Counted from the stretch's first letter, positions 1 through 9,630 are shown. The stretch: DNA of 64,000 nt from an uncultured virus (IMG/VR IMGVR_UViG_3300032038_000017) (IMGVR_UViG_3300032038_000017), one strand, 5' to 3'. Notes: generated from the letters alone by a model not told the origin. Made by a program: numbers and translations.

Positions 1-290
1 TTATCGTCCCTACCAAGAAATACCAATACTGGATAGACATATGAATAGCCATCGTCGTTTTCCTTACGGAACGCTAAAACGTATAGAAGGTCATTCCAAC
101 CTTTCATGTATACGTCTGTTACAGACAGTGCCCCGAAAGAATAAGGTAAGTCGTCAAACAATACCCTAAATCCGTCATTACTTGACCAAAGTTGAAGGCG
201 TTTACAGTTTACGGTTACTTCCTGTTCAAGATACCATTTGATTAGCTTGCGTCTTTTTCTACCCCTAATAAGCTTGTTTAAGATACTCAT
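1..290 (-). CDS. hypothetical protein (3' end beyond window)
   Basis: open frame from ATG at 290 (MSILNKLIRG...) to the window edge. Confidence 0.7.
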   Translation of the reverse strand, partial: MSILNKLIRGRKRRKLIKWYLEQEVTVNCKRLQLWSSNDGFRVLFDDLPYSFGALSVTDVYMKGWNDLLYVLAFRKENDDGYSYVYPVLVFLGRDD

Positions 291-292
291 AC

Positions 293-703
293 CTAGCTCC
301 TTGTGTCCATAAACGATTGTATAGAGTTGATTGTTTCCTTAGTCTTTTCTTCCTTTGTTATATCTGAAAGCAACTCGTTTAATGACTTCTTATAAAATGT
401 CAAAGTCATAAGAGTTGTGTCTACACCGTCTATTTTAGCCTTGATTAGCCCGCCACGAACTTTATTACCAATGTTGTCCTTAGTCTTGTGAAGATGAAAG
501 TAATCTAATGCAGCACTTATCCAACCCAATGCCTCTACTTCATAAAAAAGTTTTTTACTGGCTTCCGGAGACACTACCGTTACCTTACCAGACGCTTTAA
601 TCTTATTAGCCAAAGTATTTATAGACTCTTCCGAGCCTAGTTCCAGTAATGTAGATAAACCAGTATTTTCGTCTTTATCAGTTACAAGGTAGTATTTTTC
701 CAT
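293..703 (-). CDS. hypothetical protein
   Basis: ORF, degenerate element upstream. Confidence 0.8.
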   Translation of the reverse strand: MEKYYLVTDKDENTGLSTLLELGSEESINTLANKIKASGKVTVVSPEASKKLFYEVEALGWISAALDYFHLHKTKDNIGNKVRGGLIKAKIDGVDTTLMTLTFYKKSLNELLSDITKEEKTKETINSIQSFMDTRS

Positions 704-755
704 ACAATGTATATTAATTCTACACGATATTTACCTTTTAGTAATAATCACACTA

Positions 756-1016
756 CTATGCTAGAAAGAGCCGGATAGTCTTATTCAATTCTTGGGTAGA
801 CCATGAATCCTTTGAGGCTATTACCATTTTCATCTTTTCGAATGCGTCTACTGCACCCTGGATGTAACCATCCTCTGCCCCGGAAACTTCTCCGTCATTA
901 TAGGCACGGTCAGCTTCAAGTTGTGTGTCATTGTCGTATACACCAAGTGTTTGTTTTTCTTCGACTTCTTCTGCATAATGTCTTGCAGCTTCACAGATTA
1001 TGCTATGTTGACTCAT
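756..1016 (-). CDS. hypothetical protein
   Basis: ORF with AGGAG RBS. Confidence 0.8.
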   Translation of the reverse strand: MSQHSIICEAARHYAEEVEEKQTLGVYDNDTQLEADRAYNDGEVSGAEDGYIQGAVDAFEKMKMVIASKDSWSTQELNKTIRLFLA

Positions 1017-1408
1017 ACTTTCTCCTTTCCATAAATACGTTTCAAGATGGTTATTACGTCGTTCATTTTGTAAACAGACGAAGAATTGAACTTTGATTCT
1101 ATGTCGCAGTAATTTGACAACCCTGTGCGTAGCTTTCGTGAGAACAACTGCTGCTCCCTATTATTCTTCCATCTAAAGTATACACGGTAGTTATCCGTCT
1201 TAGGGTAAGCACCTTTTCCTTGTTGTTCCCACGCTCTTAATGCGTTGTTAAAATTAACCTTACCAATGTTTTGAAGTTCATACCATTCACAGACAGCCTC
1301 CCAGTCTAATTCTGGGTTAACAACAAAGGTGCCGAATCGGTTATCTTCTATTTCAAAGTTGTCCTTTTTGCACACCATAACCGTAGCTTCAAGATAGCTT
1401 GGTTTCAT
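1013..1408 (-). CDS. hypothetical protein
   Basis: ORF with GGGAG RBS, 4-nt overlaps. Confidence 0.8.
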   Translation of the reverse strand: MKPSYLEATVMVCKKDNFEIEDNRFGTFVVNPELDWEAVCEWYELQNIGKVNFNNALRAWEQQGKGAYPKTDNYRVYFRWKNNREQQLFSRKLRTGLSNYCDIESKFNSSSVYKMNDVITILKRIYGKEKV

Positions 1409-1728
1409 ATAGTACTCCCCTTGCAGAATACTCTGGCAAGTCTTCCGGCGTTTACCTTGTCCAGTTTAACACAAATGTAATCTTCAAAGCCTTCAGGTGA
1501 ATCCGAACTGTATGAATGTTCTACATAGCTATATACAATGTTGTTATTTTTGATGTAGTTGAATACGTTTCTGTTCTGTTCCCGTGTCTTAAAATACATA
1601 CGTGCAACCACGTCGTAATCCTTGTCCATAGTCAAGGTCAATGAACCCAGTAAATTACTCTTCAGATAAACGCCGTCGTCCTTTAACGAATTACGTATCT
1701 TTTCCAATACCTTAAATACGTCTGACAT
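1405..1728 (-). CDS. hypothetical protein
   Basis: ORF after element. Confidence 0.8.
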   Translation of the reverse strand: MSDVFKVLEKIRNSLKDDGVYLKSNLLGSLTLTMDKDYDVVARMYFKTREQNRNVFNYIKNNNIVYSYVEHSYSSDSPEGFEDYICVKLDKVNAGRLARVFCKGSTI

Positions 1729-1768
1729 AATCCTTATAACCCCTCATATGAATTACCCTGTAAACCAT

Positions 1769-2170
1769 TTACAACGGTTGCCAATGCTTTGTTTCTTCTG
1801 CCGTAGCCGTAAGGCTAAAGTCTTCGACATTTATAGTATCAATGTCGGTAATGTACTTTACAAGCCGTGAATACGGAATTATACCGTCAAAGCCCCACTG
1901 CTTTGCATAGTCCATGTTGTAAGTCTTCTCGGTAAATACCATAGCACCACAGTTCAGGAAATGAATACGTGCCATCCTTGAACCACCACAAGGTTTGTAT
2001 TCCAAAACGTAGACACAACTTCTTATCGGATTATCTACTAAACCAAAGCCGTTTCTGTCTACTTGGATTTCACGGTAGTCTGGTGCACCTTTATGGTCTT
2101 TAAGCCATTTTTTGCGTGTTACTTCGTTCCAATCATTTATGTGTTGTATAAATACCTGCGTTGATGCCAT
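1769..2170 (-). CDS. hypothetical protein
   Basis: start moved to the ATG after element and RBS. Confidence 0.8.
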   Translation of the reverse strand: MASTQVFIQHINDWNEVTRKKWLKDHKGAPDYREIQVDRNGFGLVDNPIRSCVYVLEYKPCGGSRMARIHFLNCGAMVFTEKTYNMDYAKQWGFDGIIPYSRLVKYITDIDTINVEDFSLTATAEETKHWQPL

Positions 2171-2240
2171 TTCGATTTTCCTTTTATCATTGTATATTAT
2201 AACTATAAAGGGCTTTACCCTGCAAACACTCAAGAACATT

Positions 2241-2266
2241 AAGCCCCCTATAAAAGAGGGCTTTTT
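2241..2266 (-). terminator. Intrinsic terminator (example of many between units)
   Basis: AGCCC..GGGCT hairpin just after the stop of ORF 2268. Confidence 0.6.
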
Positions 2267-2267
2267 A

Positions 2268-2861
2268 TTACTTGTATTCAGTAATTATGTCCGTAATATC
2301 TTCTTCACGCACTGTGTCGGTGAAATGCTTGTCTACGATGTTTATACACGCTTCACAGTCTTCGTAATCCGTCCATTCTGTTTCCAGTGTAAAGTTTACT
2401 TCAAAACGCTTCTTCAACTTGTCAAGCTCTGCAAGAAAGTCTGCCTTACGCTTTTCAAAGTCCAAGTCGCACTTGTGCTCCCTTTCCCAACGGACACCAC
2501 AGTTATACTGTTCGATACAAGAGCTGATTATGCCCTCTTCCAACTTTGAAACATTTATATCCGTAATGCCACGGCTCTTCAACTTCGACTGTATCTTGCT
2601 TGGACTGTCCCAACCAAGGTATTCCTGCTTCTTTCCGTATTCAAGTTCTGCTTCACGGCACCAATCCCACTTGTGCCAAGTGCCAAGTGAATACTGTCTT
2701 GAAGTAATACGACCCTTGTCTGCAAAGCCATCTTTACCTATGTTAAGCGATACCTTAAGAAAATAATGTAAGCCGTCAAAGCCACTTTTGTTAGAAGCAA
2801 GCTTTCTTGCATTACACAAAAATCTGTATCCATCGTCTGAAAACTCTAAATCTCGCTTCAT
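2268..2861 (-). CDS. hypothetical protein
   Basis: ORF after element. Confidence 0.85.
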   Translation of the reverse strand: MKRDLEFSDDGYRFLCNARKLASNKSGFDGLHYFLKVSLNIGKDGFADKGRITSRQYSLGTWHKWDWCREAELEYGKKQEYLGWDSPSKIQSKLKSRGITDINVSKLEEGIISSCIEQYNCGVRWEREHKCDLDFEKRKADFLAELDKLKKRFEVNFTLETEWTDYEDCEACINIVDKHFTDTVREEDITDIITEYK

Positions 2862-2914
2862 TTCGTTTACCTATTATAACCTAAGATGTGCGTTACCCTG
2901 ACAGGGCTTTAAAA

Positions 2915-3058
2915 AGGAAACAGTGGGATTTGAACCCACATAAGTTTTTCTAGAGTTAAGCGGCGTAAACCTTTGCATATGCCTTAGTTATTCTCGTTTC
3001 CACTCAAGGCTTTATAGGTCGGGAGCCGCAGCATTATCCAAAGTTATGCTATGTTTCC
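2915..3058 (-). ncRNA. tRNA-like RNA with an about 60-nt anticodon loop
   Basis: GGAAACA/TGTTTCC acceptor, GCAT..GG..ATGC D arm, GCGGC/GCCGC anticodon stem enclosing a long insert, GTGGGTTCAAATCCCAC T arm. Confidence 0.7.
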
Positions 3059-3072
3059 TTTTGACTGAACTA

Positions 3073-3279
3073 TCAATAGAAAGCGTCAGACATAGAATCT
3101 GCCAATTCCACCAACAAGTTCAACTCGTTCTCGGACATCTTTCTGCAACGGTCAATTCCGAATGTCTGCCGAATAGCATAATATGAATTATACCAACTTT
3201 CGTTGCAACCCATACTGTTTCTAGCAGTTGTTCCGACTACCGATTCAATTCCGTCCAAGATTTCTTTTTTTGTCATCAT
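3073..3279 (-). CDS. hypothetical protein
   Basis: AAGGAG RBS before MMTKK. Confidence 0.75.
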   Translation of the reverse strand: MMTKKEILDGIESVVGTTARNSMGCNESWYNSYYAIRQTFGIDRCRKMSENELNLLVELADSMSDAFY

Positions 3280-3392
3280 AATAAAACTCCTTGAAGTAGA
3301 CTTACTACTTCCCATTTCATAAGCCGTCCTAGAAGTTCTTTCTGCTTTTGACAATAATTATATTATAACCTTTACAAGGTTTACCCTGTAAA

Positions 3393-3623
3393 CTACCATC
3401 CCTCCGATTCGGCTACATCTTCGCCAGCTCCGAAAGAATCATAATAGTCGTCAAACTCTGACTTATCTTCTTCTTCGTCATAGTCGGCTCTGAATGGGTT
3501 AGGCTTTATCCAACTGTGTGGATTACCTTCCCTTTTCTTCTTCCAATAGTATTCTTTATAATAACCTTTTCGGTGTCGGTCGCCTTTCTTGTAACCGTTA
3601 TCACCTTTTTCTGTTCTGCTCAT
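3393..3623 (-). CDS. hypothetical protein, basic N-terminus and acidic C-terminus
   Basis: ORF after element and AGGGG RBS. Confidence 0.7.
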   Translation of the reverse strand: MSRTEKGDNGYKKGDRHRKGYYKEYYWKKKREGNPHSWIKPNPFRADYDEEEDKSEFDDYYDSFGAGEDVAESEGW

Positions 3624-3734
3624 TTTAATAGCCCCTATCATGTCCATTATAACCTTTTCTAATCCCTACCCTGGAAAGCAAAAAGTGGAACGGCTCCTCT
3701 GACAGAAGAACCGTCCCCCAAAGTAGGTAAGAAA

Positions 3735-4316
3735 TTAAAATGTTGTTGCCTCTACCTTTTTCTGTATTGGCTTCAACTGTTTGATTACTGCGTTAATTTC
3801 CTTACAGATGTTTGGATAATCTTTAAGGAATGGTTTCAAATAAGAATCTTTTGCCTTAATGTTTTCAAGTTCACTGATACTGCGTTCAATGTAACTTGCC
3901 ACCCAGTCACGAGCCTGAATTGCTTCTTTGTTCATACCGAAATGACTGTTAAGCATATCGACAAAGCCATCCAACTGATACTGTGAATAAGGAACGGAAA
4001 GCAATGCTTGTTTCTTGGAATGACCTCTTACATTGACGAGCTTATGTGTCCACTGTGCGTATCTGTGATTGATTGCGGAATCATCAAACTGTTCGACTGT
4101 TCTTACACCGTCACCATAGTCGTCTGCAACACGAGTTCTAGTTCCAAAGTTGTCTACGGCATAAAGTTCGATGTAATCACCTTCATCGCCATAACCTTCA
4201 CGAACAAAGAACTTTTGATTCTTGAAAGTAAATGATACGGCAACTGGGATGTCGTCATACCGAATTACACGGGTTACTTTCAGATTGTCTTTGTCAAATA
4301 AGAATTTCTGTTTCAT
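3735..4316 (-). CDS. hypothetical protein
   Basis: ORF after element. Confidence 0.85.
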   Translation of the reverse strand: MKQKFLFDKDNLKVTRVIRYDDIPVAVSFTFKNQKFFVREGYGDEGDYIELYAVDNFGTRTRVADDYGDGVRTVEQFDDSAINHRYAQWTHKLVNVRGHSKKQALLSVPYSQYQLDGFVDMLNSHFGMNKEAIQARDWVASYIERSISELENIKAKDSYLKPFLKDYPNICKEINAVIKQLKPIQKKVEATTF

Positions 4317-4350
4317 TTTAATATCCTACCTAGGTATTTATATTATAACC

Positions 4351-4656
4351 TTAGATAGATTTACCCTGTGAATCTGGCGAGTCTTCTGTTTTTTCTTCAA
4401 TGTCAGACACGGCTTCTTCTGCTTCCTTCTGTGCTTCCTCGTCCTTATTCTGTCTTTGAATTTTAGTGTAATAAGAGAACCCCTTGTTATGGTGTTCGTC
4501 TTGCCATTCGGATTTGTCGGAATGTTTTCCGTTATGCTTACCCGTGATAGCCCAAACATCGTCATCATAAATCAGTTTTCTGATTTTAGGCATCTTCTTC
4601 CAACACTTGTGTCTGTTCTTGAATTTGCGTTTAATTGATTCACTTGCCATAAACAC
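4351..4656 (-). CDS. hypothetical protein
   Basis: ORF with RBS; ends inside next element. Confidence 0.7.
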   Translation of the reverse strand: MFMASESIKRKFKNRHKCWKKMPKIRKLIYDDDVWAITGKHNGKHSDKSEWQDEHHNKGFSYYTKIQRQNKDEEAQKEAEEAVSDIEEKTEDSPDSQGKSI

Positions 4657-4697
4657 CTACCCCTTCGACATCATCAATAGTTACCCCATAAAAGGGT

Positions 4698-4952
4698 TTA
4701 GTAATAGCACTCACAGAACTCGTCTACTGTTACATACTCAAAGTTGTGTGTAGCGGCATAGCCTTCAAGTTCGTGGTAATTTATTGCAGATACGCCACCG
4801 TCAGTAGTTTCTACATCTACAATAATCAAATCGTCTTTGCCACGGTAAATGTTTATTACACCACTACCACCTGGCGAAAGCCAATTCTTAATCCATTTGT
4901 TTACATTTCGTTTTACTATTTTCTGTTCATAATTCGGTACAAATTTACTCAT
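4698..4952 (-). CDS. hypothetical protein
   Basis: AGGAG RBS. Confidence 0.8.
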   Translation of the reverse strand: MSKFVPNYEQKIVKRNVNKWIKNWLSPGGSGVINIYRGKDDLIIVDVETTDGGVSAINYHELEGYAATHNFEYVTVDEFCECYY

Positions 4953-5025
4953 ACTTTCTCCTTCCTCGTTGCCGTCCGACTATTCTCGTTCAGTCTTTTA
5001 ATTCTATTATAACCATAAGGGGAGT

Positions 5026-5289
5026 TTACCCTGCCTGACAAATTGCCTTGATTGCCACATTAAATGTCTTTTCGTTAAGCGGCACATTTACATAAAGTTC
5101 TGCAAACTCGTTTTTCTTCATACTCCTAATTACGGATTTGTAGTCCTTATGTTTTTCATTGACGCAACTTATAAAACGGTTAAGCTGCTTTAATGTTGGG
5201 TTATTCAAACAAGCCCATAGGTCTTTATTGACTTCGTAGATTTCTACCTTACCAAACAAGTCCGTATTTTTAGTAAAAAGTGTTTTCAT
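5026..5289 (-). CDS. hypothetical protein
   Basis: GAGG RBS; stop supplied by element. Confidence 0.8.
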   Translation of the reverse strand: MKTLFTKNTDLFGKVEIYEVNKDLWACLNNPTLKQLNRFISCVNEKHKDYKSVIRSMKKNEFAELYVNVPLNEKTFNVAIKAICQAG

Positions 5290-5292
5290 AAA

Positions 5293-5613
5293 TTACCTCA
5301 AGAAACTAACAAGTTCGTGCAAGATAAACTGACTGTGTGTTGTTGTAATTTTTAAGCCATCTTTACACGAAATACCTTGGTTATCAAGAGCGAACTTAAT
5401 GTCGCTCAAATCTACTTCTACTTCTTCGTCAGTTGGGATTAACATACTCGGTACGAGTTCTGCATAAACAGAAGCCTTATGAAGTTTTTTATCTGTTATA
5501 GAAACATCAAAAAAAGCACCCACCATTGTCCCTATGAATAGTTTATTGTCCATAACAAAGTCATAGATATCTTCGTAGTGTTTGTTATTGTTCTTTAAAT
5601 AAATGCCTTTCAT
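5293..5613 (-). CDS. hypothetical protein
   Basis: element and RBS. Confidence 0.8.
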   Translation of the reverse strand: MKGIYLKNNNKHYEDIYDFVMDNKLFIGTMVGAFFDVSITDKKLHKASVYAELVPSMLIPTDEEVEVDLSDIKFALDNQGISCKDGLKITTTHSQFILHELVSFLR

Positions 5614-5670
5614 AATTAACCCCTATGATTATTATATTATAACCATAAAGGAAACTTACCCTGTTAAAGA

Positions 5671-5886
5671 TTATCTACGGAATCTACCTTTATGTGACCA
5701 AGGTTTTTTAAGCGTAATGTAAATCTTATTTTCTTCGATTTTGATTACAAACTTTTGATGGTTGGAATGTTCGCCGTTTATCAATTCGTCCACTGTCAGT
5801 TCGGTGTAAAAGCCTTCGCCCATATACAAGTAATAGGTATAGTCTGCAAACCCTTCAAGGCTTTCAATCCATTTCTTTAATGTCAT
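5671..5886 (-). CDS. hypothetical protein
   Basis: element and RBS. Confidence 0.75.
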   Translation of the reverse strand: MTLKKWIESLEGFADYTYYLYMGEGFYTELTVDELINGEHSNHQKFVIKIEENKIYITLKKPWSHKGRFRR

Positions 5887-6279
5887 ACACTACTCCCTAT
5901 TATAATCTTGCCAGTTGTCTACCCTGTGGAAACAAAAGCAAGAGGCTCCGTTCAGACAGACGAACTCTCGGTGAACCTTGTTTAAGGGGGACGTCCCACC
6001 AAAAAATCATCTGACTGAATAGAGCCTCTTTATTGTATGTTATCGCAACATTCACATAAAAAGGTAAGTTTGACTCATTTCTCACTTTGAATCACTACTC
6101 GGATAACTTCAATCAAACTTGTCGTATTCAAACATAATGTTACTCAGTGCTTGTCACCCCACCATTTGGGGTCGCTATCTGCATTAGTCCGAACCGTTAC
6201 TCATTCGGTCGTCTAAAACCTTTTGTGCCTTATAGCCTCTGTCGGTGTGAGGGACAACCCTATAAGTGTGTTTCGTCTA

Positions 6280-6365
6280 GCCTAGCAAGGGAATCGAACC
6301 CTAAATGTTACACTCCTTATGGCACAGTAGCATCGTTATTCAGTAAACTGAACGCCAACCTAGGC
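6280..6365 (-). ncRNA. Degenerate tRNA-like element
   Basis: GCCTAG/CTAGGC acceptor-like stem and AGGGTTCGATTCCCT T arm; D and anticodon arms non-canonical; element copy at 6404-6431 upstream. Confidence 0.5.
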
Positions 6366-6441
6366 ATAAAAATCATTTTACTTTTTTTATCTTACACTAT
6401 TCTTATTATAACCTTGCCCAAGTTTACCCTGGGCAATGTTG

Positions 6442-6648
6442 TTATCCCAATCGACAAGGAATCTTGTTTGTTTCGCCACAACAGTTGCAAGGAATAAGCA
6501 ACCCACCGTTACGATTAACAGTTGCCGTATTACCACGACCACTTGACCAATTACCACAAGCACCACACTGAAATACAACTTTTGGACTCATGCCAAAAAG
6601 CATTGATACGCTCATAGTAAACATTTCTGCTTGTTTACAAGTTACCAT
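6442..6648 (-). CDS. small zinc-ribbon protein
   Basis: two CxxC pairs (CGAC, CNCC). Confidence 0.7.
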   Translation of the reverse strand: MVTCKQAEMFTMSVSMLFGMSPKVVFQCGACGNWSSGRGNTATVNRNGGLLIPCNCCGETNKIPCRLG

Positions 6649-6650
6649 AA

Positions 6651-6857
6651 TTATCCCCTACCGTGTTCGTCAAAGTATCTTGCGATTTCCTTTGAAGAAT
6701 CATTTTCCAAGTCTTTCCCAAGTGCATTAAGATATCTACATAATGCTTCTTGGAAATCGTCCCTTGAAGAAGAAATGTGGTTCTGAAGTTCATCATACAG
6801 ACCTACTGAGATACAGTCAAAAGCCCACCACATTGCGTCTTTTTCGTTCTTTACCAT
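6651..6857 (-). CDS. hypothetical protein
   Basis: ORF; start uncertain. Confidence 0.65.
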   Translation of the reverse strand: MVKNEKDAMWWAFDCISVGLYDELQNHISSSRDDFQEALCRYLNALGKDLENDSSKEIARYFDEHGRG

Positions 6858-6895
6858 AATTATAACATCGCCCAAGGCTTACCCTGGGCAGAATC

Positions 6896-7090
6896 TTATT
6901 TTCCGTAAAGGAAGTTAGATAAGCCTTTCTGCATATATTCCGTCAGTTCTCGGCCTCTAGCGTTCAATTCTTTCTGAAGTTTCAACTCCCACTCAAGTTC
7001 TTCCTCAGACATTAAAGGCTCTTCAACTTTTACTTCTGTTGGAGCAACCTTGTGATTTTTCCCAAAAAGTTTCTTCAAAAGTCTAATCAT
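6896..7090 (-). CDS. hypothetical protein
   Basis: GAGGGG RBS before MIRLL. Confidence 0.7.
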   Translation of the reverse strand: MIRLLKKLFGKNHKVAPTEVKVEEPLMSEEELEWELKLQKELNARGRELTEYMQKGLSNFLYGK

Positions 7091-7091
7091 A

Positions 7092-7511
7092 TTAATGCCC
7101 CTCGTGAACAATTGCAATAGGTGTACCACGCCAATCATACAACTTGAAGCCTTTTAAGACATTGTAAAGCATTGTGTCCCTACGATAAGGCTTGCCACTG
7201 TATTCTGCTTTTGACTTTTCCATATCGGCTTTAAGCCATTCGATTACCTTTTTAATGTCTTTGGTGTAGGTCAAACGCTCACCGTAAACATCTTCGTAAT
7301 GCTTGTCTTTATATGGGTCATAACCCAAACTTACTTCTGACTCTGCATTTGACAAAAAGAAATAGAAATCTTCTACTTCCTTATCAAACAACTGTTTAAA
7401 GCCGTCTGCCATTCCACGCAGTTCAATAGTCATAAGGTGTTCTGCCCAATGTGATTTTTCGTTAGTGCCTTCGTGAATTGCTACAATGTGTACTCTGTTG
7501 TCGTAGCCCAT
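7092..7511 (-). CDS. hypothetical protein
   Basis: GAGG RBS. Confidence 0.85.
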   Translation of the reverse strand: MGYDNRVHIVAIHEGTNEKSHWAEHLMTIELRGMADGFKQLFDKEVEDFYFFLSNAESEVSLGYDPYKDKHYEDVYGERLTYTKDIKKVIEWLKADMEKSKAEYSGKPYRRDTMLYNVLKGFKLYDWRGTPIAIVHEGH

Positions 7512-7680
7512 AATAGATACCTCGCTTTGCGATTAGTGTTTTAGGAAAGGCTCGAAACTCGATTGCCTTATAACATTAATATTATAACCTTTAATTGATT
7601 TACCCTGTAAACATTTTAGGGCAAAATAAAAAGCCGTCTTTTGTTTATGACGGCTCTATGATTGCTTTCAAAAAGTTGCC

Positions 7681-7794
7681 TTAGAAACTTACATAGTCTG
7701 CTCTGCAACCCTTATGGAAAGCTGCGAACTTTTTAGCGTCACTTTCCATAAAAAACTCTTTAACGGTTTTACCGTTCTTTGAAACAATCCACAT
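7681..7794 (-). CDS. 37-aa small protein (not in ORF track)
   Basis: element, AAGGAG, MWIVSKNGKTVKEFFMESDAKKFAAFHKGCRADYVSF, terminator. Confidence 0.7.
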   Translation of the reverse strand: MWIVSKNGKTVKEFFMESDAKKFAAFHKGCRADYVSF

Positions 7795-7868
7795 AGGTTT
7801 AACTCCTTATGCTACTTGTATTATAACCACAAGATAGTGTTACCCTGTGATTATTACTGCAAGTCTTT

Positions 7869-8069
7869 TTAGAACTCGCAAGCGTTGAACATTCTTATCA
7901 ATTCCTTGTCTGAATGTCCTTTCGGAGCTGGAAGAATGTAGTATCCACCAAAGCCGTATGTAGCGACTTCGCCAGTCTTTGTGTTCTTTTCAAGGGTAGT
8001 GTTTCCACGCTCTGCAAGAACTACTGTTTCATAGTAACCGTGATTTACTGTTTTGTTTGCCATAATCAT
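7869..8069 (-). CDS. hypothetical protein
   Basis: element and RBS. Confidence 0.75.
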   Translation of the reverse strand: MIMANKTVNHGYYETVVLAERGNTTLEKNTKTGEVATYGFGGYYILPAPKGHSDKELIRMFNACEF

Positions 8070-8123
8070 TGTCCCCCTTAGACAATAATTAAATTATAAC
8101 CTTATGAAATATCTACCCTGAAC

Positions 8124-8426
8124 TTACTGAACTGCACTGACAAGAACATCTGCAAGGTGTGACACACCGTTTTCGTCCTTTAACTGTGTCTGTGCAACAA
8201 CAGAACCCATTCCCATATTGCAAACTGCCGACTGATACAACTGCTCAAGGTTATGTACCTTAGCATTTGTGTAACTTGCCTTTACAAGTGCTCCATTCGG
8301 AAGTACACAATCCTTTCTTTTGGAATCAAACCAATCCCACGCTTTTTCAATGTTTGGAAAGTTGTGAACACCACCAACATTTTCTGTGGTATTGTCTTTC
8401 AGAAAATAACTTATCAAGATTCGCAT
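8124..8426 (-). CDS. hypothetical protein
   Basis: element and RBS. Confidence 0.8.
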   Translation of the reverse strand: MRILISYFLKDNTTENVGGVHNFPNIEKAWDWFDSKRKDCVLPNGALVKASYTNAKVHNLEQLYQSAVCNMGMGSVVAQTQLKDENGVSHLADVLVSAVQ

Positions 8427-8670
8427 AATGCTTTCCCCCTACTTACTAATCTAATTATAACCTTTTCAGATTCCTACCCTGAACAAATAAAAAGGGCGAC
8501 CCAATCTAACAGACTGAATCGCCCAAAAACAAGGGGTACGCTCGGCAGAACCTATTTTTTTAAGTGTAGCGGCAACACCACATTTGTCATAGGCGCAATT
8601 TTGCTTTCAACATATTCTGCTCAACCGCTATTATGTTTACTACGGTTTTATCCGTAGCAATTCGCAAAAA

Positions 8671-8847
8671 TTATGCCAACAAATCAACCTTTTGCAATTC
8701 TTGTTCCAACAAGTCTTGGAAACTAACACCACTTTCAGAAGTATTCTTTTTCTTCTGCTTAGTCTGTTTGTTAGTCTTGTTCCAATTCTGCTTGGAATAG
8801 AAGTTTGGATACTGTGTGTTTCCAATCGGTTGAATTATCGTTGTCAT
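8671..8847 (-). CDS. 58-aa protein, probably leaderless (not in ORF track)
   Basis: MTTIIQPIGNTQYPNF...SFQDLLEQELQKVDLLA, about 10 nt after the TATAAT. Confidence 0.65.
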   Translation of the reverse strand: MTTIIQPIGNTQYPNFYSKQNWNKTNKQTKQKKKNTSESGVSFQDLLEQELQKVDLLA

Positions 8848-8907
8848 ACTTTATACATTATAACCTTACTGGGTACTTACCCTGCAAGGTAAGTTGCCCC
8901 GTAAAAA

Positions 8908-9282
8908 TTAGATGTCAATTTCACCGTCATACCAATAATCACGGTCGTAAAGCCAATTAGGGTCTTTGGAAACTTCTGCTTGAAGTTCTTCGTACCACTT
9001 ATCGTCATCATCTCGCCAATTAGGAAGTCTGTCAAGAACTTCGCTTGGTGGGTCAATGTAAACATCCCATACACCGTCATACACCCACGGTTGCTTTGTG
9101 TTGAAACCAATGACTAATTCAAATCGGCCTTTGTATTCGTCATTTTTCAATTCTTCAAACTTGGGAAATTTCTTCCCTTCTGCTTTATAGAAAGCACTGT
9201 TGAAACGATAACGGTAACTACGATAAAGATAAAGCATTTCTTCATCAGTAGGTCTTGTCTTAGTTCTGTCGATTTTTCGCAT
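8908..9282 (-). CDS. hypothetical protein
   Basis: element and RBS. Confidence 0.85.
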   Translation of the reverse strand: MRKIDRTKTRPTDEEMLYLYRSYRYRFNSAFYKAEGKKFPKFEELKNDEYKGRFELVIGFNTKQPWVYDGVWDVYIDPPSEVLDRLPNWRDDDDKWYEELQAEVSKDPNWLYDRDYWYDGEIDI

Positions 9283-9459
9283 AATAATAATCTCCTTACA
9301 CGGCTATTATTATAACCACGCAAGGAGATTACCCTGACAAATGTCAGACTGTAGAGAGATTGTTTCGTAGCTCCTTTTTACAAGAGCTACTTAATGCCTA
9401 GCTCATTTTAATACTATCTATGTCCTATGTATTATAACATTGACTAGGTGTTACCCTGA

Positions 9460-9630
9460 CTATTCTTCGACTTCTACCTTTTCAATGTAGGAATGAAATG
9501 CATCCGTATCAAAGTATGCAAGCAACATTGCAATTTCTTTATCTGTGTACTTGTCTGCCGATACACCAATCTGCTTGCGTAATTCAAAGCGATAGCCGTC
9601 AATGTCTGATTTACTTATGATAAGTTTCAT
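9460..9630 (-). CDS. 56-aa hypothetical protein (not in ORF track)
   Basis: MKLIISKSDIDGYRF...; ATGA overlap with upstream ORF. Confidence 0.65.
   Translation of the reverse strand: MKLIISKSDIDGYRFELRKQIGVSADKYTDKEIAMLLAYFDTDAFHSYIEKVEVEE

Noticed and set aside
2915..3058. tmRNA
   Set aside because: It has a true D stem, is only about 144 nt and has no tag reading frame.
9340..9420. Hammerhead ribozyme (ATGAG...CGAAAC on minus strand)
   Set aside because: The CUGANGA core and stems I/III are not present.
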